NCBI GenBank assembly: GCA_963532835.1
Contig: CAUSLL010000002.1
Coordinates: 95-64,094, forward strand
Length of the DNA stretch: 64,000 nt
Direction of reading: 5' to 3'
Source: an uncultured Candidatus Saccharibacteria bacterium
GTDB taxonomy: Bacteria; Patescibacteriota; Saccharimonadia; Saccharimonadales; Saccharimonadaceae
Each line of letters starts with the position of its first letter. Within the stretch, counting starts at the first letter, position 1. The notes beneath the pieces were generated by a model. The model had not been told where the DNA came from and ran no database searches. It worked only from the letters and a program-made list of their open reading frames with translations. The translations under genes and the position numbers were made by a program. Shown here piece after piece: positions 42,258 through 51,482 of the stretch.

Positions 42258-43358
42258 CTAACTTTTTAGCGGCATAATGATGTGAATATAGTCACGCTTC
42301 TTAGCTGTGGACTGAATGATACAAGGGGAGAGCTTACCACTGAAGGCAAATGACACTTCCTCTCCGTCTGTAACATTCAAAGCTTCAGTCAAATACCGAG
42401 AGTTGAGCGTAATTTGACCGTCAGCGGAAATCTTAGCAGTTGCTTCTGAGGTGTTTTCACCAAGTTCTGAGGCGATGGAGTGGATGGAAATGATATTGTC
42501 TTCAGCTGAAGCATTGATAGTAACGCCGCCGCCTGACTCTCGAGCAAACAAGCTAGCAACTTTGGTGATGCGGCTGAGGTCGGCGCGTGAGACAATGATT
42601 TCCGTCTGTGACTGCTGAGGAATCAACTGGCGATAATCTGGGAATTTTCCATCGATTAACCGGCTAATAATCTCCAATTCTGGCGTCTGGAAACAAACTT
42701 GGTCGTCGCCAAACAATATCACAATGGCTTCTGTGGCGTCGCTCAAACTACGAATTACTTCTTGCAAGGCAGATGTTGGGATGATGGCTGAAACTTCGCC
42801 GTCCGCTTTCATCAGTTTTCGCTCAGCCAGTCGGTAGCCGTCGGTTGCCGCCAAATATAACTCGTCTTCAAAAGTATGCCAATACACTCCAGTCAGCACT
42901 GCTCGGGCCATGTCAGAACTGGCCGCCAAAATGGTTTGTGACACTGCCTTTTTCAGATCATCAGTGGCGATTTCGTAGCGCACTGCCGTATCTTCGTTGA
43001 TGGTCGGTAGCTCTGGAAACTCATCAGCAATAACCCCGTTAATGACTGATTTGAATTTACCAGAAGTGATGTGTAAGTGGTCATCTTTAGTCTCCAGGTC
43101 GATGGTGCCGCTCGGCAGGGTTGAGATAAATTCTGAGATCAGCCGGGCAGGAATAGTGATTGAACCTGGCGATTGTATTTTAGCACCAATGTACTGAGTG
43201 GAAGCAATTTCCAAATTAGTAGCAGCAATTAATAATCTTCCTCCGTCCGTACGAAGTAAAATATTGTTCAAAATGGGAAGTTCAACGCGACCAGAAGCCA
43301 CCCGCCCAATGTTACTGAGTGCTTTTGCAAAATTTTCTTGTGTGACTGAAAGCTTCAT
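42258..43358 (-). CDS. dnaN: DNA polymerase III beta sliding clamp
   Basis: 366 aa. N-terminus MKLSVTQENFAKALSNIGRVASGRVELPILNNILL is typical of DnaN. Lies downstream of dnaA. Confidence 0.93.
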   Translation of the reverse strand: MKLSVTQENFAKALSNIGRVASGRVELPILNNILLRTDGGRLLIAATNLEIASTQYIGAKIQSPGSITIPARLISEFISTLPSGTIDLETKDDHLHITSGKFKSVINGVIADEFPELPTINEDTAVRYEIATDDLKKAVSQTILAASSDMARAVLTGVYWHTFEDELYLAATDGYRLAERKLMKADGEVSAIIPTSALQEVIRSLSDATEAIVILFGDDQVCFQTPELEIISRLIDGKFPDYRQLIPQQSQTEIIVSRADLSRITKVASLFARESGGGVTINASAEDNIISIHSIASELGENTSEATAKISADGQITLNSRYLTEALNVTDGEEVSFAFSGKLSPCIIQSTAKKRDYIHIIMPLKS

Positions 43359-43414
43359 AGTTACTATTATATAACCTTTCTTATTTTTTATCTGGTGTTA
43401 GTAATAATAGGTGC

Positions 43415-43560
43415 TGTGGAAACTGAGTAAAACAATTATTCAAACAGAGGTGAGTAGGTAAAAATAGCTGTGGATAGCGGTGTGGATGAATGTGGTATGT
43501 AGTAGTGGATAAAATGGTAATAACCCACAGCTGTGCGAAGCCTACTAAACTTTGCCACAA
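43415..43560. other. DnaA-box cluster in the dnaA-dnaN spacer (oriC candidate, part 1)
   Basis: One-mismatch boxes against TGTGGATAA: TGTGGATAG 43469-43477, TGTGGATGA 43481-43489, AGTGGATAA 43504-43512. Two-mismatch boxes at 43415, 43491, 43521 and 43551. Confidence 0.6.
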
Positions 43561-43612
43561 GGTTAGTCGCAGGCTGTAGGCAGAATTCCATAGGTTTTGC
43601 ACAGGTTTTCCA

Positions 43613-44965
43613 CTAATTTTGCACATAGAGTTTATCCTTGACGTCATTAATTTGTTCACGTACTAGTTGGTTGGTTAAACTTTCTTTGGTAATTTTTTCG
43701 ACAGAGTGCATGGCTGTGGTGTGGTCTTTACGACCAAGTTCTTGAGCGATTTTTGGAAAACTCATTTTTAATTCACTACGCAGCAAATACATGGCAATCT
43801 GTCGTGGCTGGACGATGAACTTGTCGCGCCTGGCTGAACACATATCTTTTGGATCCAGATTAAAATAGCGTGCTGTACGATCAATGATTTGTTTGGCGGT
43901 GATGTGTTGTGGGCGAACGCGTTTCATGTCTCCCAGGACACTTTCGGCTGCTGCTACGTCTGGTACGAAACCTTGCATGTCAGCATAGGCTAACAGACGG
44001 TTAAGCGCGCCCTCTAACTCTCGGATATTGGTTTTAAAATTAGCTGCCAAATATTCAACAACACCTGATTCTAGTTCAGTGCCACTGAGGCTAGCTTTTG
44101 CTTTGACGATGGCACACCGTGTTTCATAGTCAGGCATTTGAATATCAATCGCCATACCCCATTCAAAACGGCTGCGCAGTCGGTCGGTGAGGGTAGGGAT
44201 GCTCTTCGGTGGTTTATCAGAGCTGATGATAATTTGTTTATTGTTTTGGTGGAGGTCGTTAAACGTGTGAAAAAATTCATCTTGAGTTTTTTCTTTACCA
44301 GCAATAAACTGCATATCATCAACGATCAGCACATCAACATTGCGATATTTATCAGAAAAACCTTTTTTCTTGAAACGGATATAGTCAAGAAATTCATTCA
44401 CGAAAGCCTCAGTTGTTGTGTATAGCACTCGAGCTGACGGCTGCTGTTTGATGATCTCATTGCCAACAGCTTGCATGAGGTGAGTTTTACCAAGACCCGA
44501 ACCACCGTATAGATACAGTGGATTATATTTAAGACCAGGGTGCGACGCGACCGCTTGGCATGCAGCGTAAGCCAGGTCGTTGCTCGATCCAACGATGAAA
44601 TTGTCAAAGGTATAGCGCGGATTGAGATTACTATTGTTCTTTTGAGTTGGGGCGATGATGCGACGTTCCTTTGGGTGAGTAGTCTCTTCTGGCTGATCCC
44701 GGTTGATGGTCTTTTTTCGTGAACCAGAACCGATCCTATATCGCACCACACCTTCAAAACCATTTGATTTTAAAGCTGCTTGAATATCGGTATGAAATTT
44801 TTTCTCCAACTGAGCTTCTACGAAAATATTTGGCACGATGATAACTGCTTCTTTATCAGAAACTAGTTCTAATTTTGTTTTTGTAAACCATGCAGAAAAC
44901 GAAGAAGACGGAATGGTCAATTCTAATTGACCCAACACTCCCTGCCAGATTGCTTGTTCTTTCAT
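43613..44965 (-). CDS. dnaA: chromosomal replication initiator protein
   Basis: 450 aa from MKEQAIWQGVLGQLEL. AAA+ Walker A GGSGLGKTHL. C-terminal DNA-binding domain ...DHTTAMHSVEKI. Confidence 0.95.
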   Translation of the reverse strand: MKEQAIWQGVLGQLELTIPSSSFSAWFTKTKLELVSDKEAVIIVPNIFVEAQLEKKFHTDIQAALKSNGFEGVVRYRIGSGSRKKTINRDQPEETTHPKERRIIAPTQKNNSNLNPRYTFDNFIVGSSNDLAYAACQAVASHPGLKYNPLYLYGGSGLGKTHLMQAVGNEIIKQQPSARVLYTTTEAFVNEFLDYIRFKKKGFSDKYRNVDVLIVDDMQFIAGKEKTQDEFFHTFNDLHQNNKQIIISSDKPPKSIPTLTDRLRSRFEWGMAIDIQMPDYETRCAIVKAKASLSGTELESGVVEYLAANFKTNIRELEGALNRLLAYADMQGFVPDVAAAESVLGDMKRVRPQHITAKQIIDRTARYFNLDPKDMCSARRDKFIVQPRQIAMYLLRSELKMSFPKIAQELGRKDHTTAMHSVEKITKESLTNQLVREQINDVKDKLYVQN

Positions 44966-45016
44966 GTTATAAACCCTCACACATAATCTACTCTGTACTA
45001 TAGCAAATAGACGGAG

Positions 45017-45132
45017 TTTTCCACAAGCATAGACATCTCATGGAGGAAAAACTGAAAATAGAGGTGAACTTTTCCACAGGCGTACACCACCTCTGTTATA
45101 ATTGTGGATAAAACAGACCGAGCGGTGGAAAA
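45017..45132. other. DnaA-box cluster in the dnaA-rpmH spacer (oriC candidate, part 2) overlapping divergent promoters
   Basis: Perfect TGTGGATAA at 45103-45111. TTTTCCACA at 45017-45025 and 45070-45078. GGTGGAAAA at 45124-45132. The rpmH extended -10 TGTTATAAT (45094-45102) abuts the perfect box. The dnaA -10 is TGCTATAGT (minus, 44997-45005). Confidence 0.6.
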
Positions 45133-45184
45133 CTACAATTAATACTTGCAAAAAAACCAAAAAAACGCTAAACTATCACCCAGT

Positions 45185-45322
45185 ATGCCAAAGCGAACAT
45201 TTCAACCACATAAACGTCATCGTGCCCGCACGCACGGTTTTCGAGCACGTGTTTCTACAAAGGCTGGTCGCGCTGTTTTGAAGCGACGCCGCCTAAAAGG
45301 TCGTGCACGGATTGCACTGTAA
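45185..45322 (+). CDS. rpmH: 50S ribosomal protein L34
   Basis: Below the ORF-track size cutoff. Manual translation: [45 protein letters not shown]. Confidence 0.95.
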   Translation: MPKRTFQPHKRHRARTHGFRARVSTKAGRAVLKRRRLKGRARIAL

Positions 45323-45396
45323 ATAATACTTAGTGCGCTCGATGATCTGATACCACTCCTGATGTATATCGGAGTGGTATTTGGTATACTAAGAGA

Positions 45397-45744
45397 ATGT
45401 TAACGCATCGTCACAGATTTCACGGTCACGGCAGTTTACGGTATTTGTACCAAAATGGTGATGCTGTACGGTCTCGTTTGATGACGGTAAAATACATTGC
45501 CAATCCGCGCCGGAAACACAGTCGATTTGCTGTGGTGATCAGTAAAAAAGTCCTCAAATCAGCCGTTCGCCGTAATAGGGTACGTCGACGGGTGTACGAG
45601 GTGATTCGAGCTGAGTTGCCGATGCTTAAAGATAATCATGATATAGCGCTGATCATTGTTACGGCTGATTTTTTACACATGGAATATAAGAGTATTCAAA
45701 ACGAAGTTAAACGACTATTCTCTCAGGCTAATCTGTATAAATGA
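45397..45744 (+). CDS. rnpA: ribonuclease P protein component
   Basis: 115 aa, basic, with the RNR-like motif AVRRNRVRRRVYE. Canonical position after rpmH. TGGTATACT -10 lies 6 nt upstream of the ATG. Confidence 0.88.
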   Translation: MLTHRHRFHGHGSLRYLYQNGDAVRSRLMTVKYIANPRRKHSRFAVVISKKVLKSAVRRNRVRRRVYEVIRAELPMLKDNHDIALIIVTADFLHMEYKSIQNEVKRLFSQANLYK

Positions 45745-45769
45745 CACATTTTTTGATATAATGTGAGGC

Positions 45770-46702
45770 ATGAGTTTTTTTGATGTTCTGATTGTACAGC
45801 CAATTTTTAATATTTTAATGGCCATTTACGGCTTAATTCCAGACTTTGGTGTCAGTATTATCCTCTTTACTATCATCATCCGTCTTCTGTTGTGGCCAAT
45901 GGTCAAAAAGCAGCTACACCAGACAAAGGCGATGCGTAAAATGCAGCCTCAACTGGCGAAGATTAATGCCAAATACAAGAATGATCGCCAGGCGCGAGCG
46001 CTTGCGATGATGGAATTATACAAAGAGCACAACATTAGCATGTTTGGTTCAATTGGCGTGCTTTTGATTCAGCTGCCGGTGTTGATCGGTATTTACCGAG
46101 TGGTACAAATCTTTGTATCTAGCCGGGTTCATACCGGCGACCTTGCTAAATACGCATATGATTTTATCGAACAATTACCAGTAGTATCCAATTTAGTAAC
46201 TCATCCAGATCAACTCAATCAGAACTTTTTGGGGATGGTTGACCTCACACAGCACGCAGTTAGTAACAGTAGTGTTACCTGGAGTTTATTGATTTTGGCT
46301 GTATTGGCGGCGGTGATGCAGTTTTTGACCACTAAACAAATTTCTCCAGCGAGCGACAGTAAGAAGCGACTGCGCGATATCATACAAGAAGCTGCTGAAG
46401 GCAAAGAGGCAGATCAGTCAGAGATTAATGCTATCGTGATGCGCAAGATGATGAAATTTATGCCAATCTTTATGTTTTTCGTGATCATCAACCTACCGGG
46501 TGCCCTAGCACTGTATCTAACCGTCTCAAACGTTGCGGCATATGCGCAAAATGCCATCATCCTAAAAGGCGATAGTGATGAGATGGAGACTATTTTTAAA
46601 ACACCGAACAAGTCAAAGAAAAACTCCAAAAAACCTCAAGCAAGTAGGCGTGCAGCGACAGCGACTGAGGCGAAAATAACCCGGATCAAGGCCAAGGAAT
46701 AA
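45770..46702 (+). CDS. yidC: membrane protein insertase YidC (short Gram-positive-like form)
   Basis: 310 aa, multi-TM, with conserved ...IIIRLLLWPMVKKQ...MQPQL..I..KYK. Basic C-terminal tail. Canonical position. Confidence 0.9.
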   Translation: MSFFDVLIVQPIFNILMAIYGLIPDFGVSIILFTIIIRLLLWPMVKKQLHQTKAMRKMQPQLAKINAKYKNDRQARALAMMELYKEHNISMFGSIGVLLIQLPVLIGIYRVVQIFVSSRVHTGDLAKYAYDFIEQLPVVSNLVTHPDQLNQNFLGMVDLTQHAVSNSSVTWSLLILAVLAAVMQFLTTKQISPASDSKKRLRDIIQEAAEGKEADQSEINAIVMRKMMKFMPIFMFFVIINLPGALALYLTVSNVAAYAQNAIILKGDSDEMETIFKTPNKSKKNSKKPQASRRAATATEAKITRIKAKE

Positions 46703-46714
46703 GGAGGAATAATC

Positions 46715-47173
46715 ATGGATCATCAGCAAACAATCGATTACATCAAGAAATATGTTGAGGATTTGATGGCCTTTTTCGACCTAAATATAACGGCTGAAGT
46801 GTCCATCGAAGACGATATTTTGATCGTAAAAATTCCATCAACGCAATACAATAGCCTACTGATTGGTCGCGGCGCTGAGACGTTGCGCAGTATCCAACAC
46901 TTACTCTCAGCACTGCTTCGCAACAGCAATGCCGCAGTGGAGAGAGTTAATCTAGATATTGCTGACTACAAGCAGCAGCACGCTGAAAAACTTGCTGAGA
47001 AAGCTCGCGCTTGGTTTCAGGAAGTCCGAGACACTGGCGAGCCTAAGAGGTTGGATCTTAACGCGGCTGACCGCTGGACGGTACACCACACCGCACATGA
47101 TTTCGATGATATAGAAACTCACTCAGAGGGCGAAGGTCGCGATCGACGACTTGTGATTAGCCTAAAAGATTAA
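46715..47173 (+). CDS. jag: Jag-like KH/R3H RNA-binding protein
   Basis: 152 aa. KH-like LIGRGAETLRSIQHL and R3H-like DRWTVHHTAHDFDDIETHSEGEGRDRRLVI. AAGGAGG SD upstream. Confidence 0.8.
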   Translation: MDHQQTIDYIKKYVEDLMAFFDLNITAEVSIEDDILIVKIPSTQYNSLLIGRGAETLRSIQHLLSALLRNSNAAVERVNLDIADYKQQHAEKLAEKARAWFQEVRDTGEPKRLDLNAADRWTVHHTAHDFDDIETHSEGEGRDRRLVISLKD

Positions 47174-47198
47174 AAAGCGGTATAATCGGACTTGGTAT

Positions 47199-48008
47199 AT
47201 GCAGGAGTTGTTTAATAAACGAAACAGAGTAATTTTACTCGAATTAGTAAAAACTGATTTTAAATTGCGCTATCAAGGTTCATTTTTAGGAATCTTATGG
47301 TCAGTACTGAAGCCACTGTTACTGTTTTTGGTGATGTATTTGGTGTTTGTGAAATTTTTGAAGTTTACCGACGGCACAAAAACCTATCCAATTGTCTTAC
47401 TCTTAGGTATTGCTCTTTGGGGATTTTTTACCGAAGCTACCTCAGTCGGTATGAACGCCATCGTTAGTAGGGGTGACTTACTGCGTAAAATTAATTTTCC
47501 AAAATACATTATCATCATCTCGTCAATGTCCAGCGCGCTCATCAGTCTGTCGATCAACTTGATTGTGGTGCTAATCTTTGGACTTATCTCTGGAGTAGAC
47601 TTTACTTGGAGAGCTCTTTTGGCGCCATTGAGCATTATTCAGTTGTTTATCTTGGCACTTGGTGTATCACTAATATTATCAACACTATACGTAAAATTCC
47701 GTGATATTAGCCATATCTGGGATGTGATTTTACAGATATGTTTTTACAGCATCCCAATCATTTATCCACTTAGCCTGGTGTCTAATTTTCACCCAGAAGT
47801 CGCAAAAGTTATGATGCTCAATCCTATTGCACAAAGTATTCAAGATGTCCGATATAGCCTTATCGCTCCACAGACGACGCCGACCACTTGGAGTACAATA
47901 AATAACATCTGGATTAGTCTAATACCTGTTGTACTAACGGTGGTTGTTGTCATTATTGGTATTATGTATTTCAGAAAAAGCAGCAAAACCTTTGCGGAGA
48001 ATATGTGA
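47199..48008 (+). CDS. ABC-2 type polysaccharide/teichoic-acid export permease (Wzm/TagG-like)
   Basis: 269 aa with 6 TM segments. N-terminal DFKLRYQGSFLGILWSVLKPL is typical of the ABC-2 family. Confidence 0.85.
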   Translation: MQELFNKRNRVILLELVKTDFKLRYQGSFLGILWSVLKPLLLFLVMYLVFVKFLKFTDGTKTYPIVLLLGIALWGFFTEATSVGMNAIVSRGDLLRKINFPKYIIIISSMSSALISLSINLIVVLIFGLISGVDFTWRALLAPLSIIQLFILALGVSLILSTLYVKFRDISHIWDVILQICFYSIPIIYPLSLVSNFHPEVAKVMMLNPIAQSIQDVRYSLIAPQTTPTTWSTINNIWISLIPVVLTVVVVIIGIMYFRKSSKTFAENM

Positions 48009-49225
48009 TGAGTAAATATGCGCTAGAAGTAAAGAATCTATACAAGAGCTTTAATTTACCAACCGAGCAGGCAAACGGTATCAAGCAGGCATTTTTGAAC
48101 TGGACTAAGGGTGTTAAGGGTTATAAAAAACAAGAAGTTCTAAAAGACATCTCGTTTACGGTGGAAAAAGGTGACTTTTTTGGCATCGTTGGACGAAACG
48201 GTTGTGGAAAATCTACATTGTTAAAGCTGATTTCTGATATTTATTCGCCGGACTCTGGAGAGGTGATTGTTAATGGTAAATTGATTCCGTTCATTGAACT
48301 TGGTGTTGGTTTTAACCCAGAATTGACTGGTCGGGAGAACGTCTATTTAAATGGGGCACTGCTTGGCTTTTCACACGATGAAGTAGAAGACATGTATGAT
48401 GAAATCGTTGATTTTGCGGAGCTGGAACAGTTCATGGATCAGAAACTGAAAAACTATTCGAGCGGTATGCAGGTGCGGTTGGCATTTTCAATCGCTATTC
48501 GTGCCAATACCGACATCCTTGTCCTGGACGAGGTGTTGGCTGTTGGCGACGAAGCCTTTCAACGTAAGTGCTTTGAATATTTCAAACAGATCAAAAAACA
48601 GAAAAAGACGGTTATTTTGGTGACTCACGACATGGCGTCGGTGCGACGTTTTTGCAATAAAGCGATTATGTTGGAATCTGGCAAAATCGTCGCTTCAGGC
48701 GATCCAAATGAAGTTGCTAACCTGTATTCTATTGAAAATATAGAGTCAACAACAAAAACTGATAAGAAATCAAAGAAGAATACTGCTTATATCCAAACAA
48801 AGATAGAAAACAAGGTGCTAACACCAAAAGACACGTTGGAGGTTGAAGTAAAATATTTTGTTCCAGAAGATAGGCAGGTGTCATTTGGTATTTCAATTTT
48901 GGACGAAGCTTCAAATCGCATCACTTCTGTGATTGATGACGGATTCTTTATCGATGATAATAATGTGGAAATAACCTCCAGTAAAAAAGGCACGCATATT
49001 TATAAGTATACTCTGCCATTGGATCTGTTTAACAACCGTGATTTTGAAATTACGGCTACCCTGTTTGCTTATGATAAGAAAAAGGACTCGTATGAGCCAA
49101 TTGCTTACACGACAGAAGAGGGTATCAGCCAGTTTTATGTGAGAGAAAATAAGCCGAGGGGTGGTTTACTGAAGACACGTGGTTCATGGATGAGTGTGAA
49201 AAGTAAGAAGGAGAAAAAGTCATGA
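48005..49225 (+). CDS. polysaccharide export ABC ATP-binding protein (Wzt/TagH-like) with C-terminal extra domain
   Basis: 406 aa. Walker A GRNGCGKST, signature YSSGMQ, Walker B ILVLDEV. A ~160-aa C-terminal beta-rich domain. ATGA overlap with the permease gene. Confidence 0.88.
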   Translation: MMSKYALEVKNLYKSFNLPTEQANGIKQAFLNWTKGVKGYKKQEVLKDISFTVEKGDFFGIVGRNGCGKSTLLKLISDIYSPDSGEVIVNGKLIPFIELGVGFNPELTGRENVYLNGALLGFSHDEVEDMYDEIVDFAELEQFMDQKLKNYSSGMQVRLAFSIAIRANTDILVLDEVLAVGDEAFQRKCFEYFKQIKKQKKTVILVTHDMASVRRFCNKAIMLESGKIVASGDPNEVANLYSIENIESTTKTDKKSKKNTAYIQTKIENKVLTPKDTLEVEVKYFVPEDRQVSFGISILDEASNRITSVIDDGFFIDDNNVEITSSKKGTHIYKYTLPLDLFNNRDFEITATLFAYDKKKDSYEPIAYTTEEGISQFYVRENKPRGGLLKTRGSWMSVKSKKEKKS

Positions 49226-50436
49226 GTAAACTGTACAAATTCTACACCTACACTAGGCAAAATGGGCTAGGCCAAGCTGTCAGAAAAACTCAAATATATC
49301 TGTCGAAGAAGACTGCGCCAGCTATCAAGCAGCCAATTGAGGTTATGGCTTCAATCGAAGATATCATGGACGCGGACTACATCAACCATCCTTACAAAAC
49401 ACCAAAGAAAAAGTCAAAAAAGAAGTCTCTGAAGATTGGCTGGGTGTTGTCTCCTATCTCAAAAGGAAGTGGTGGACAAAATACCATCACTCGATTTGCT
49501 CGATTCTTACAAGAGCAGGGTCACGACGTTACGTTTTACATCTATGAAGGAATCCACCCGCAATCACCAGCCGAAGCCAAGGCGATTTTGTCAGAAAGTT
49601 TCAATTTTGACGTTAATGTGAAAAAAGTGTCGCAATACACTGAATCTGACGCGTTGATCGCTACTGGATGGGAGACGGCCTACCCGGTATTTAACATCAA
49701 CACTAAGGCACACAAGTTTTATTTCGTGCAGGATTTTGAGCCGTACTTTTATGGACTAGGTTCAAAGGCAGTGTTGGCTGAAAACACCTATAAAATGAAT
49801 TTTTATGGCATCACAGCTGGTCGTTGGCTGACTAAAAAAGTGAGCGAATATGGCATGAAGGCGGATTATTTCGATTTTGGTGCTGATATGAACATCTACC
49901 GTTTGGCAGATAAAGCTGATAAACAAAAGAAGATTTGTTTCTATGCCCGCCCAGTGACTGAGCGCCGCGCTTTTGAGTTGGGCGTGATTGCACTAGATAA
50001 ATTCCACAAAAAACATCCAGAATACACTATTGAGTTCTTTGGTTGGGATGTGTCGAATTATCAAATACCATTTCCATATGTCAACCGCGGTATCTTGTCT
50101 CACCAAGACGTGGCTGATCTATACAAAGAGTCTGAAGCGTGCTTAGTGTTGTCACTTACTAATGTGTCGCTCCTGCCACTCGAGTTGTTGGCGGCTGGCT
50201 GTATCCCAGTGATGAACGAAGGCGAAAACAACAGCTTGGTCTTGGGTGAAAATAAATACATCCACTACGCCGCGGCTTCACCGATTGAACTGGCTAATGA
50301 GTTGTGTAAGGTTGTTGAGATCAAAAATATCAACACCTATGCCAAAAAAGCTTCAGAAAGCGTTAAAGACTTGTCATGGGATGAATCGTATAAGAAGGTT
50401 GAGCGCATTCTGATTCGTGAGGTGATAGGTGGTTAA
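49222..50436 (+). CDS. glycosyltransferase (GT-B fold, WsaF/rhamnosyltransferase-like)
   Basis: 404 aa. IGWVLSPISKGSGGQNTITRFARFLQEQGHDV resembles WsaF-family N-termini (from memory). C-terminal EACLVLSLTNVSLLPLELLAAGC has the GT-B E-x7-E region. Confidence 0.7.
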   Translation: MSKLYKFYTYTRQNGLGQAVRKTQIYLSKKTAPAIKQPIEVMASIEDIMDADYINHPYKTPKKKSKKKSLKIGWVLSPISKGSGGQNTITRFARFLQEQGHDVTFYIYEGIHPQSPAEAKAILSESFNFDVNVKKVSQYTESDALIATGWETAYPVFNINTKAHKFYFVQDFEPYFYGLGSKAVLAENTYKMNFYGITAGRWLTKKVSEYGMKADYFDFGADMNIYRLADKADKQKKICFYARPVTERRAFELGVIALDKFHKKHPEYTIEFFGWDVSNYQIPFPYVNRGILSHQDVADLYKESEACLVLSLTNVSLLPLELLAAGCIPVMNEGENNSLVLGENKYIHYAAASPIELANELCKVVEIKNINTYAKKASESVKDLSWDESYKKVERILIREVIGG

Positions 50437-51433
50437 CAACACGAACAAAATCGACATCACTGTTTTTATCCCAACGTATTTTGGTGAGGACTATTTGGAT
50501 GATCTGCTAAAAATGGTGTTCAAACAAAAAATCGACAAAACCTATGAAGTTTTGATTTACGACACAAGCTCCACCGACAAAACACCAAAAATCATCAAAA
50601 AATATGCTAAAAAACACCCAAACTTACGGTATAAAACCATCACAAAAGAGGAATACGGCCACGGTAAGACGCGGGCTGCCGCCGCTCATGATGCAAAAGG
50701 CGACATCGTGGTTTACCTGTCACAAGACGCTACGCCCGCTCATAAATATTGGCTATATGAGATGACGAAACCGTTTGAATTGTCAGACCGTATCATTGGT
50801 GTTATGGGAAAACAAGACCCACGGCCAACCACTTTTCCGCTGCTAAAACGCGAAATCATGGGTGTGTTCAATGGGTTTGGTCCTGATTTTGGAACAACAT
50901 TGTTCTATAAAGATTCTTTTATCAAAAAGCAGGAAACTTATGATAAAGTAGCGTTTTACTCTGATGTTAACTCGGCTGCTCGCCGTAGTTATCTGACTGG
51001 CGAGTTGCCATACCAAGACGTTCCATATGCTGAAGACCAATTATTTGGGCGCGATGTCATCAACGCGGGCTACATGAAAGCTTATGCCTCTAGGGGTAAT
51101 GTGCTACATTCTAATGAATTTAAGCTGCGTGAATATAAGATGCGGATGTTTGACGAGACGATGGGGCTTCGTCGTGTGGGTATTGATGTGCCACTACCGA
51201 CTATTTCTCAGATAACCAAAATGGTCATCATCGGTTGGATTCGTGACACGTTATTTACGCTGCGTGATAAACAGTATTCACGGAAAAGAAAGCTATTCTA
51301 CTTGGTGTTGAATATTTTTTATAATATAGAAAAATGGCGCGGCGTACGTCGGGCAGTGTTGACGAAATTGGACGACCACACGGCGATTGATAAATATTCG
51401 TTAGAACACGTTGAAGCAAAATCAAAAAGCTAG
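50429..51433 (+). CDS. glycosyltransferase family 2
   Basis: 334 aa. The N-terminal VFIPTYFGEDYLDDLLKMVFKQ and DxD-like SQDATP are typical of the GT-A fold. Confidence 0.75.
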   Translation: MVNNTNKIDITVFIPTYFGEDYLDDLLKMVFKQKIDKTYEVLIYDTSSTDKTPKIIKKYAKKHPNLRYKTITKEEYGHGKTRAAAAHDAKGDIVVYLSQDATPAHKYWLYEMTKPFELSDRIIGVMGKQDPRPTTFPLLKREIMGVFNGFGPDFGTTLFYKDSFIKKQETYDKVAFYSDVNSAARRSYLTGELPYQDVPYAEDQLFGRDVINAGYMKAYASRGNVLHSNEFKLREYKMRMFDETMGLRRVGIDVPLPTISQITKMVIIGWIRDTLFTLRDKQYSRKRKLFYLVLNIFYNIEKWRGVRRAVLTKLDDHTAIDKYSLEHVEAKSKS

Positions 51434-51482
51434 CGGTTAGTTTGAAAAATTGGTTTTTTTACTGTATCATTATCCTAGGGTA

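Noticed and set aside
43381-43659. 92-aa ORF in the dnaA-dnaN spacer
   Set aside because: It runs through the DnaA-box cluster, has no SD or promoter, and has odd composition. The spacer is better explained as oriC.
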